Shown here: piece after piece, positions 9,401 to 15,763 of the stretch
How the letters are laid out: each line of letters opens with the position of its first letter
How positions within the stretch are numbered: position 1 is the stretch's first letter
Source of the DNA: Desulfosporosinus lacus DSM 15449
GTDB taxonomy: Bacteria > Bacillota > Desulfitobacteriia > Desulfitobacteriales > Desulfitobacteriaceae
Assembly: GCF_900129935.1 (NCBI RefSeq)
Contig: NZ_FQXJ01000009.1
Location: 106,298 to 138,297, forward strand
Reading direction: 5' to 3'
DNA: 32,000 nt
Position numbers and translations under genes: made by a program
Notes under the pieces: model-generated
Told to the model about the DNA's origin: nothing
The model's database searches: none
The model's input: the letters and a program-made list of their open reading frames with translations, nothing else

Positions 9401-11143
9401 TTTATCCGCATCGTACCAGAAGATATTGATGACTGCCCCTAAAGTTGAGCCGCTTCCTGCGGCTTTAATATCCCCACTGAGGATATAGTTGCCCTTCGCT
9501 TTGTCGGCTACACTGACAAAGCCTGTCCACTGATAGGTGTTATGGTTTGTTCCCGGATTGAGCTTTAAGATACGACTCCCGCCGTAAGGGGCTTCCAGAT
9601 CCTCCTCGGTGAGATTAGTACTGCCCGTGGGCGCATATCCTAACCATTCCAAGGGCTGATTATTGCTGTCCACTTCATTAAAGCCGCTGTTATAAATCCG
9701 GTTATCCGCTATCCCCAAGAGATTAGATTCCATCGTCAGGTTTCCGGCATCATAGGTGTAGGCTTTGGAGTTGCCGGCCTGGTCGGTTTGGGTTTGCTGG
9801 TCTAAGCTGACCGGGTCCCAGGCATTCTGAACGTATTTGCCGTCTGCTTGAGTTAAAGTTTTCAGGCGATTTCTATAGTAATCATAGCTGGTTTCTCTCC
9901 CGTTAGGATCTGTTGTAGGCTCAGTGGCCTTGGTCATATTCCCAAAGGCATCATACTTATAGTTGTAGGTGTTTCCTAAGGGTGTGGTGAGACTTGTCAG
10001 CTGGTCTGCGGCATTCCAGGTCATGCGGGTGGCTGAATTAACACCGCCTGGATCGTTGATCACGGCTATGGGATTGCCATAATTATTGTGCACATATTGA
10101 GTGACATCCCCCAGGGGAGAGGTAACCCAGCCATCCCCGCCGAAGCCGATCTCTGTATGACCATGGAACTCCGCTGCGGCTGCTCCTTCGACCAGTTGGG
10201 CCTCATCGAAATAGGCATCTCCGCCAAAATGGGTGTTGTCATGGTCTACTTCCAAGTAGACAATCAGGTAAGCCGCATTGGCTTGGGTGGTCATACTTAG
10301 AGACTGTTTTGTCCAATCCTTTGTTCCCGTGAGAGCGATGGATCGTGTGTCCTTCCAGGTGGAATCCAGAATGGTGCCGTTAACATCCGTCTGCACAGTG
10401 TTGAGAAAGGCTCTGCCGTTAAGACCACCGGTTTTCAGCTTAGCGCTTAGGTTGTAGGCTGTAGAGGGTTTAATCGGAATTGTTTGTTGCACATAGAGAA
10501 AGCTCTGGCTAGAACCTGGGTAAACTGTTGGGCTGCTTTGGATGTGCACACTGCCTTTACCCGTTGTGGCGGTTGAGGAGTCTTCTGTGATACTTCCATA
10601 ATCGTAATCGATCTTTTCTTCCCAAGAGTCGAGATTACTGCCATAGCCTGCTTCAAAGCTGGGGTTGCCCAGCAGATTGATTTCACCGACACTGGCAATG
10701 CGGTTGAGGTTATCATAAGTCAGATAATAGGGTGTGCCATTTTTATCCGTCATGGACCGAAGTTGTCCCTTGTCCCAGCTGTACTTAAGGCTGGAATCGC
10801 CATAGACGGCATCTTTATAAGTGACCTGGGTCAGGAAACCTTCTGGATTATAATTGTAGGTTACCTTTACCTGACCGGTATGGTCTTGCAAGGAAGCCAC
10901 GGTACCATTAACGAGGGTTAATTCCACCACCCGGCTGGAAGCATCGGTTAAGCGGATTTTATCGCCCACTCGGGTAACACTCGTGGTATTTGTTTTGCCG
11001 TCCAGAAGGCGAATCACCTTGCCGTCCCCGGCAAAGACGACACTGGGGAGCTCGGCCTGATAACCGCCGCTTTCATTGATCTCCTGAAGGGTATAGGTTC
11101 CGTCAGGGTTCTTATAGAGCTGAACCGGGTAATTATCCGACAA
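6431..11143 (-). CDS. Rhs / YD-repeat polymorphic toxin, 1570 aa as tracked (start codon uncertain)
   Basis: Many YD repeats (YAYDANGRLTQ, YEYDDDGRLKS, YTYDGDGQRLTK). Rhs-associated core end: RYYNAGIGRFLTKD...NRYTYTGGDPVNRHDPNGH. A non-repeat C-terminal ~160 aa follows. The tracked start is TTG with no SD and no signal peptide. Confidence 0.92.
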   Translation of the reverse strand: MSDNYPVQLYKNPDGTYTLQEINESGGYQAELPSVVFAGDGKVIRLLDGKTNTTSVTRVGDKIRLTDASSRVVELTLVNGTVASLQDHTGQVKVTYNYNPEGFLTQVTYKDAVYGDSSLKYSWDKGQLRSMTDKNGTPYYLTYDNLNRIASVGEINLLGNPSFEAGYGSNLDSWEEKIDYDYGSITEDSSTATTGKGSVHIQSSPTVYPGSSQSFLYVQQTIPIKPSTAYNLSAKLKTGGLNGRAFLNTVQTDVNGTILDSTWKDTRSIALTGTKDWTKQSLSMTTQANAAYLIVYLEVDHDNTHFGGDAYFDEAQLVEGAAAAEFHGHTEIGFGGDGWVTSPLGDVTQYVHNNYGNPIAVINDPGGVNSATRMTWNAADQLTSLTTPLGNTYNYKYDAFGNMTKATEPTTDPNGRETSYDYYRNRLKTLTQADGKYVQNAWDPVSLDQQTQTDQAGNSKAYTYDAGNLTMESNLLGIADNRIYNSGFNEVDSNNQPLEWLGYAPTGSTNLTEEDLEAPYGGSRILKLNPGTNHNTYQWTGFVSVADKAKGNYILSGDIKAAGSGSTLGAVINIFWYDADKNLIEDPTPYFKVKDGEWQRYTATDIKPPANAVYARIMAITYQGYIGYFENLQFEQSPQIRGYNALQNSSFVNGLSKWARSSSYADVISEVGTINLPSTGSTYLESQTLIPVKQGQDYTLSGNLSTDPLTAASGNGASLQVLIYNQAGTYVQTIKSKVVSEKSGLAKYVVPFNSPVNGTAKVRLDVTSAQGVAKFDNIRFGYGREVVTSNYDSSNNYVVSTTNQLNKTVSYGNDAYGQATSVTSPTGEVIRYAYDGQERLRTVTDNAQNLTTYGLDANGNVLSVNTKAPSGTIYNQSSFVYDDKNNLQAEKNAANSIVSSYAYDANGRLTQKTNASGSTVSLDYGPLGLLKTLRLSSNETYGFSYDLEGRRKQATVSKTPTGPILHTFDYDYDEVGNLISSIEKGSSGTFIGSITKPAGDMYSKTDQLLGFKLKYLSNPDVLYAFVYSPNKLVEKVSAAGKDTLFKYDEGSKLKLQTNPNGVEDRFDYNEGNQLIGTSTFKPGTDTKITNKYEYDDDGRLKSITRDGSENPTTKYVYNNGTEQLNRLTQAEITDDVKKHTLDYSYDPAGNLKTMELPSGQTNTFAYDGDNKISSLNGSAGNVSYDANGNLTKLTVNGKTQQYVYDAANRLTSVKNGAGTVIASYTYDGDGQRLTKTVGSETITYHYFKGQLMYETSNQYADKVTARYTRTPEGKLLSIYIFRPVGEYWNYYYYHYNAHGDVVAVTDSNGALYRQYAYDPYGNVISVKDGAGDSIDMSADDDFNHAYTYAGYRYDKETGLYFLNARYYNAGIGRFLTKDNIYQDLSNPQTLNRYTYTGGDPVNRHDPNGHIWFLLPFLGEGALMALVVIGNYFATVASAPDFQQDVQMTAMDLSEKNYVGAAVDAASAAIPAVSATTVKAIGKAVHGNSLQTAKAAVGYALKHIDTGEILKYGETTLGPKRYTKKYLLKNNADMEIMVRGTKKEMHDWQHNMILEYKFTFGKRPTLNKSDW
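6434..6916 (-). other. C-terminal toxin module of the Rhs protein (aa 1410-1570): hydrophobic helix plus a GIY-YIG-like domain
   Basis: It begins right after DPNGH. IWFLLPFLGEGALMALVVIGNYFATVASA is hydrophobic. HGNS...GYALKHIDTGEILKYGETTLGPKRY has the G-Y-x / x10 / x-Y-G / x7 / R spacing of GIY-YIG nucleases. The DNA is visibly more AT-rich than the repeat core. Confidence 0.5.
8798..9217 (-). other. CBM-like beta-sandwich insert 3 in Rhs (aa ~643-782)
   Basis: Starts NALQNSSFVNGLSKW and ends GVAKFDNIRFGYG. Same pattern as inserts 1 and 2, and no YD motifs inside. Confidence 0.5.
9236..9712 (-). other. CBM-like beta-sandwich insert 2 in Rhs (aa ~478-636)
   Basis: Starts NRIYNSGFNEVDSNNQPLEW and ends GYIGYFENLQFEQ. 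Confidence 0.5.
10184..10681 (-). other. CBM-like beta-sandwich insert 1 in Rhs (aa ~155-320), CBM4/9/22-like
   Basis: Starts NLLGNPSFEAGYGSNLDSWEE and ends GGDAYFDEAQLVEG. This is the N-x-x-F-E...W start and F-D-x-x-x-L end typical of CBM_4_9-type modules. Confidence 0.55.
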
Positions 11144-11155
11144 TCCCTTTTTTTA

Positions 11156-11194
11156 TCATTTATGTAATTTATTCCATTTTCTATAGTCACACAT
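11156..11194 (-). promoter_or_regulatory. 12-codon upstream mini-ORF (MCDYRKWNKLHK*) whose TGA overlaps an ATG (ATGA) ahead of the Rhs ORF
   Basis: The minus strand reads AAGGAGAAAGGttgattgATGTGTGACTATAGAAAATGGAATAAATTACATAAATGATAAAAAAAGGGATTGTCG. SD at 11202-11212. Whether it is translated is unknown. Confidence 0.3.
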
Positions 11195-11305
11195 CAATCA
11201 ACCTTTCTCCTTATCCGTAAGTGCACTACAAGATTCTTGGTATAGATGAGTTCTTTGCGGTGTTCTGTTTTGAAATACTCTAGCATCAGCCGTATTCCCT
11301 GACAG

Positions 11306-11311
11306 ATTATA
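11306..11311 (-). promoter_or_regulatory. Candidate -10 box (perfect TATAAT) for the Rhs operon
   Basis: The minus strand reads TTATTTATATAATCTG between the upstream terminator and the Rhs leader. No good -35 element. Confidence 0.3.
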
Positions 11312-11336
11312 TAAATAACTTAGGTTAATATAAGGT

Positions 11337-11380
11337 AAGGAGGATGTAACGAAACCTTTTGGTTTCGTTACATCCTCCTT
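11337..11380 (-). terminator. Intrinsic terminator after the LysM gene / pilus operon
   Basis: Perfect 20-bp stem AAGGAGGATGTAACGAAACC-TTTT-GGTTTCGTTACATCCTCCTT, 67 nt downstream of the LysM stop, with T/A-rich flanks. Confidence 0.75.
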
Positions 11381-11447
11381 TAAAAAATCTAAGTTTTCCA
11401 CATAATTTGTTATATATAGAAGACTATCCCAAGCGAATCCAAACTTG

Positions 11448-12032
11448 TTAGTATGCCGCTTGCGCTCCCTGACCGTATTGAGGGGCAAAATTGAATTGGG
11501 TTTGTTGGCTCTGATCCTGCTGTTGGGGTTGAGATAGTTGCTGAGTTGTTTGCTCTTGAGCTTTTGTCTGAACCGCTAGTTTACCCTTTTCTGCGCTGTC
11601 CCCATCCCCACTCACCAAGCGCGGAGAGAGTATAACGTTTAAGTTGCTTAACATTATTTGCACTTCTGTGGGACCACATTCCCCTGCCGGCTGAATTTTG
11701 CGTATCTCTGTTCGCGGCAGAAGAAAATGAATTTCATGGGGAGTCTTAGGTTCCCCAATACGTCGAAGACGAACATGAACTCCCTCTATTTCCATTTCAA
11801 CTTCGTCAAGATATTCCCCTACAAACTCTTGCCCCTGATCTCCATCAATATTTGCATACTGTTCTAACCCTTTAGACCCTTTAAATTCGGGCAGAACAAT
11901 TTTCTGTCCTATTTGAAGCCTTAGTGGATCAACACTGGGATTGACCATTAAAAAATCGTCACAAGTTCCACCCCAGCGTTGAGCCAAGGCATGAAAATTA
12001 TCTCCTGGTTGAATGCAGTATTCCTTGCCCAC
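11448..12032 (-). CDS. LysM domain protein with a Gln-rich low-complexity tail
   Basis: The N-terminus YCIQPGDNFHALAQRWGGTCDDFLMVNPSVDPLRLQIGQKIVLP is a LysM motif. The C-terminus is QEQTTQQLSQPQQQDQSQQTQ. GTG start preceded by GGAGAGGAGGAA. Confidence 0.85.
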   Translation of the reverse strand: MGKEYCIQPGDNFHALAQRWGGTCDDFLMVNPSVDPLRLQIGQKIVLPEFKGSKGLEQYANIDGDQGQEFVGEYLDEVEMEIEGVHVRLRRIGEPKTPHEIHFLLPRTEIRKIQPAGECGPTEVQIMLSNLNVILSPRLVSGDGDSAEKGKLAVQTKAQEQTTQQLSQPQQQDQSQQTQFNFAPQYGQGAQAAY

Positions 12033-12125
12033 GTCACATTCCTCCTCTCCTTAAACTATGGAAGGGAAAGAATGTCTTGTTACTAATTCTGGAAATTATT
12101 TCTTTATTATCCCATTAACTTGAAC

Positions 12126-12644
12126 TTACTCACCTGTGCAGTAATAGATTTGTAAAATAGCCTCTCCACCTGCTTCACTTAACACCGCCTCTTGAACATG
12201 AATACTGATTCCTTGCATTTTCTCAAGTGCTGCGAGGGAGGTGACGATTCCTGGCCATTGACCGAGTAAGCGCAAGTTGACTAAAGCATAATCAATCCTT
12301 GCACCTTTACCGGCCTCTCTCCGCTCCCCAAACCGTTCAACATTTAACGAAACCACGTCCACGCCCACATCTGCAAATGTGTGCCGACACAACTCAATCA
12401 TATCGGGCAGCTGATCCATTGTGGGAATAATGGTATTAGGCTGTGTCATCCCCTTTCTTCGTACATCTTGCCAGTAAGCTTTTTCTTCCTGTAAGGAGCC
12501 CAGTCGCATATAAGCTGGTTGCCAAAGAGCCAGAAAGGCACCCGCAATACAGATCAAAACCCCTGCGATGATAACCTTTAAAGTTCGGGGGGATAGACGC
12601 TGGCAAAAGGGATATATCGAATGGGTGGGGGGGGATTTAATCAT
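12126..12644 (-). CDS. PilO-like type IV pilus assembly protein (bitopic)
   Basis: One N-terminal TM segment (LKVIIAGVLICIAGAFLALW), then a coiled-coil-like segment, positioned after pilMN. ATG 12644 follows AGGGAGG and lies inside the last codons of pilMN. The tracked start 12665 lacks an SD. Confidence 0.6.
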   Translation of the reverse strand: MIKSPPTHSIYPFCQRLSPRTLKVIIAGVLICIAGAFLALWQPAYMRLGSLQEEKAYWQDVRRKGMTQPNTIIPTMDQLPDMIELCRHTFADVGVDVVSLNVERFGERREAGKGARIDYALVNLRLLGQWPGIVTSLAALEKMQGISIHVQEAVLSEAGGEAILQIYYCTGE

Positions 12645-14076
12645 AGTCGCCTCCCTGTTTTGCATTTAAAATAAACTCGACATTTTTTAGGGCTGTCAAC
12701 TTATAACCGGACAAAGAGGGGTCTTCCCATCCTAAGGCCCGCAAACTGTTAATGATCCCTTGAACACTTTTGGAGTCATTTGCACTTCCGCGAACAGACA
12801 AACTCCCTTGCTTAAAGACGATCTGCTCAATCTTCAGTTCTGCGCCCGACAAGTCCTGAACCTGGGCCAATCTCTCTCCGATTTTTTCCGAGTGTATACT
12901 CACCTTATTCCAAGCCGACGCGAGAGCTTCTTGTTGTCGATTCTGCTCCTCAATCCCAGCACCCTCAGTCGATAGCTGTGTTATTTCCTCTTGCAAAGTC
13001 GATGCCCTTTGACAGAGGGATAACCAACTCAAAGTTCCTGCTATTAAAAATACCGAAGCCAAAAAGACTAAACCAAGATAGGTCTTCTTAACCTTCTGCT
13101 TGGCAACAGGCTGACACCATAAGTTAAGCCCTGGACGATCTGATAAGATTCGCTGGCCATACCCCATCGTCACCTCAGCAAATCCTTTGTTGTCCTCAAG
13201 CAACTTCTGCCAAGAATCAGGAATATCCTTTAGCATTGCTTCTTCAACCATTAAGTTATGGTTTGAAGCGGCTAACGCCTGAGCGAGTTGGGCAATTTCG
13301 GGTCCTCCACTCCAGACCAAACGTTTTAAATTATAGTCTGGTTGCTGGGTCCGGTGGTATAAAAGAAAGCGCCCAACTTCGTTTTTCCATTCATCTATCC
13401 GCCCTTGCTCGCGACCCTCATTCGCACTTGCATCTTTAGATAGAAGAGAAGGTAACGACCGTACACTTTTTGGGACCACTCCTCGAAATAAGGCCATGTG
13501 TAGACTCCCTGAATCTCCCTGCAGGTATAGCACATCTTTGTCTGCTTCAAATCCCAAGGCTTGACCTAAGACAGAATACGCAAAATCTGCTCCACTAACG
13601 CTAAAGCCCGCTTGTCCAAAAATAAAGGCATACTGTTCCAGTATGCTTCGACGTGTTGCGCCTAATAAAACCTGTAGGCCCTTATGCTTTTCATCAGAAA
13701 TAACAAGGAAATCATAGAGTAAATCTGATCTTGGAATTGATATTTCTTCATCAACTAAGAGAGGTATTGCTGATTTTCGATCGTATTTAGAAAGCCAAGG
13801 CAGGGTATAAGACCCTATGAATCCTTGTTGCAGAGAAACAGCCAAGTATACCTTCTGGCAGTTGCCTGGATGTTGTAACCGATAAGTCGACAAAATACCT
13901 ATTAGGGAGTTTTCGTCCCGTACAATTCCCTGCTCAATAATTCCGGTCGGAATTGGAATGCGGTCAAATTTGACCGCTGAAGAATTATGAACCAGTTTTC
14001 TAAACGGAGGGATGGAAAAACAAAACCCTCGAATCTCTCCATCAGTTACTTCAAAGACCATGGAACTTTTTCGCAT
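12637..14076 (-). CDS. PilM-PilN fusion protein (actin-like ATPase fold + TM + PilN-like periplasmic part)
   Basis: 479 aa. The first ~320 aa are PilM-like. They are followed by the TM segment YLGLVFLASVFLIAGTLSWLSL, a coiled coil and a C-terminal domain. GGGGG SD. Operon position is between pilD and the pilO-like gene. Confidence 0.75.
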   Translation of the reverse strand: MRKSSMVFEVTDGEIRGFCFSIPPFRKLVHNSSAVKFDRIPIPTGIIEQGIVRDENSLIGILSTYRLQHPGNCQKVYLAVSLQQGFIGSYTLPWLSKYDRKSAIPLLVDEEISIPRSDLLYDFLVISDEKHKGLQVLLGATRRSILEQYAFIFGQAGFSVSGADFAYSVLGQALGFEADKDVLYLQGDSGSLHMALFRGVVPKSVRSLPSLLSKDASANEGREQGRIDEWKNEVGRFLLYHRTQQPDYNLKRLVWSGGPEIAQLAQALAASNHNLMVEEAMLKDIPDSWQKLLEDNKGFAEVTMGYGQRILSDRPGLNLWCQPVAKQKVKKTYLGLVFLASVFLIAGTLSWLSLCQRASTLQEEITQLSTEGAGIEEQNRQQEALASAWNKVSIHSEKIGERLAQVQDLSGAELKIEQIVFKQGSLSVRGSANDSKSVQGIINSLRALGWEDPSLSGYKLTALKNVEFILNAKQGGDYD

Positions 14077-14120
14077 TTAAGCACCCCCTTAAAATGAGGT
14101 TCGATTATGGTGCATAAATA

Positions 14121-14909
14121 TTATCTTATCCAAGTCCAGTACCAGTCAAAGATTTGGGTTCCCCATAATAATGTAAATATTGCCCCTAAGGCCAGATAGG
14201 GCCCAAAGGGAATCTGCTGCCGAAAGCGCTTTTGACCTGTGATCAGGAGGAAAATTCCTGCTAATGCTCCAATAAAACTTCCGCTAAAGACTGACAGAAA
14301 AATTGCAGGAAACCCTAAGAAGGCGCCCAAGGCCGCCACCAACTTGACATCTCCCAGACCCATTCCTTGCGGATAGGCCAGCGCAATCAACAGGAACACC
14401 CCCCCTGCGCCCAAAGAACTAAGCACACTCTCCCAGCCGCCAGGGCTTCCCGGTATAAGAAAAGCTCCTAATATTCCAAACCCTAAGAGGGGAAGGGTAA
14501 GAACATCCGGCAGACGAAAGGTATCTAAATCAATAAAGGATAAAGCAATCAGCACCGCTACGAAAGCAAGGTTTAAGACCATTCGGGCTGGGTGGACCCC
14601 TGAATCAATACTAATGTAGGCGGTCAAAAAGAAAAGAATTCCTGTTAGGAGTTCAATGGCCGGATAACGCCAAGAAATACTTGCCTGACATTCACGACAT
14701 TGCCCTTTTTGAATTAGAAAGCTAAGCACAGGAATGAGTTCCCAAGCCCGTAATGCATGTCCGCAAGCAGGACAATGAGAGCCTGGGGATACGATAGATT
14801 CCCCACGGGGGACACGATAAATGACTACATTCAGAAAACTTCCGATTATGAGTCCCAGCAACATTGAGAGTATTGAGAGTTCTGCAAGCCCTGTCGTCAT
14901 ACTCATCAT
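14121..14909 (-). CDS. pilD: Prepilin peptidase / N-methyltransferase (A24 family)
   Basis: CPACGHAL...CRECQASISWRYPAIELLTG zinc-finger N-domain, a polytopic membrane body and GLGDVKL aspartyl motif context. Confidence 0.95.
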   Translation of the reverse strand: MMSMTTGLAELSILSMLLGLIIGSFLNVVIYRVPRGESIVSPGSHCPACGHALRAWELIPVLSFLIQKGQCRECQASISWRYPAIELLTGILFFLTAYISIDSGVHPARMVLNLAFVAVLIALSFIDLDTFRLPDVLTLPLLGFGILGAFLIPGSPGGWESVLSSLGAGGVFLLIALAYPQGMGLGDVKLVAALGAFLGFPAIFLSVFSGSFIGALAGIFLLITGQKRFRQQIPFGPYLALGAIFTLLWGTQIFDWYWTWIR

Positions 14910-15011
14910 GAAGTATCATCCTTTCTGGTTGCACTTCTGCTTCCATCCAGCTATAAATATCAAACGCACTCGTGCTAAATATGGGAATTTACTTGCCTAT
15001 TAATTAAATTA

Positions 15012-15527
15012 CTAATCAACAGAAGAGGTCCATAGGATTTCTTTTAACTCCGCATCATACGCTCGAACTTCTGCGGCCAAACCGTTGCTGGCCAGATAGA
15101 TCATGATTATATTGGTGGGCTGTAAAGTCTCTGGAATGACAAGCACCGTTTCATCAGTTTTATCTGTATCATCCGCTTTAAGGGTTTCAACTCCAAAACC
15201 TTCTTTACCCTCTGCTACCTGTTGTGTTGTGGTTGTGTCCAACTTACTTATGTAATTAGGAATAAATCCAGCAGCAGTTACCACACCATCATCGTCCTTC
15301 ATGTTTTCGGGATATGTTCCATTTTCAACTTGATACCGATCTAAGGCAGCTTTAACTTGATGTGCTGTTGCCACATCTGCTTTTTGCCGTGCGTTTGTTG
15401 TACTTGACACTAATTTTGGGATCGCTATAGCTGCCAGCCCGGCAATGATAATGATCACGGCTAACACTTCGATTAGGGTAAATCCTTTGTCCCGTTTGAG
15501 ATAATTCACACTTTTCTCCTCCTTCAT
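15012..15527 (-). CDS. pilA: Type IV major pilin (PilA-like)
   Basis: Class III signal: ...KRDKG/FTLIEVLAVIIIIAGLAAIAIPKL. ATG 15527 (GAGGGGG SD) or GTG 15509 (GGAGGAG SD, giving a 9-aa leader) are both better starts than the tracked 15548. Confidence 0.85.
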   Translation of the reverse strand: MKEEKSVNYLKRDKGFTLIEVLAVIIIIAGLAAIAIPKLVSSTTNARQKADVATAHQVKAALDRYQVENGTYPENMKDDDGVVTAAGFIPNYISKLDTTTTQQVAEGKEGFGVETLKADDTDKTDETVLVIPETLQPTNIIMIYLASNGLAAEVRAYDAELKEILWTSSVD

Positions 15528-15614
15528 CTTAAATAACCCCCTCTTCATCAGATAATCTTAAGCAGGGTTTGCAATTTGGCGTAAACCAAATAGGTAACAT
15601 CAGACCCGACCGTT

Positions 15615-15650
15615 CTTGCCCCAGAATCAAACGCGCGATTCTGGGGCAAG
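15615..15650 (-). promoter_or_regulatory. GC-rich stem-loop between pilC and pilA (CTTGCCCCAGAATC-N8-GATTCTGGGGCAAG)
   Basis: 14-bp perfect stem with no U-tract after it on the minus strand. It could be an attenuator, a processing site or a stabiliser rather than a canonical terminator. Confidence 0.5.
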
Positions 15651-15713
15651 TCGAGGAGAAGGCTCCCACCCTTGTCGGGATTGCCCAAACATACTAAACT
15701 CCAGGATATTTTT

Positions 15714-15762
15714 CTGACCTCAGGCCTCTGACTTCCGCCTTCTGCCTTCTGATTTCCGGTCT
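15714..15762. repeat. Seven tandem degenerate heptamers (plus strand: CTGACCT CAGGCCT CTGACTT CCGCCTT CTGCCTT CTGATTT CCGGTCT)
   Basis: Read directly. The array abuts the pilC stop codon; on the coding strand it is purine-rich (AAGGCAG-like units). Confidence 0.7.
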
Positions 15763-15763
15763 G

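Noticed and set aside
6387-10300. Multiple antisense ORFs inside the Rhs gene (6387..6677, 7112..7516, 7541..7765, 8123..8341, 10088..10300) and out-of-frame same-strand ORFs (9076..9312, 10447..10716)
   Set aside because: The Rhs frame is unambiguous, with YD repeats throughout. These are by-products of repeat and codon bias.
11198-11488. Tracked 96-aa minus-strand ORF between the LysM and Rhs genes
   Set aside because: It overlaps the LysM 3' end and reads straight through the 20-bp terminator hairpin. Its composition is junk-like.
14722-15003. Tracked ORFs 14722..14946(-) and 14821..15003(+)
   Set aside because: They are an alternative frame and an antisense frame across the pilD start. 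The pilD frame has clear family motifs.
15549-15640. Possible sigma54 promoter for pilA (TGGTTTACGCCAAATTGCA on the minus strand)
   Set aside because: The GG and GC elements are separated by 13 nt rather than the required 10, and no sigma54-type activator is nearby. I could not find a well-spaced sigma70 -35/-10 pair either.
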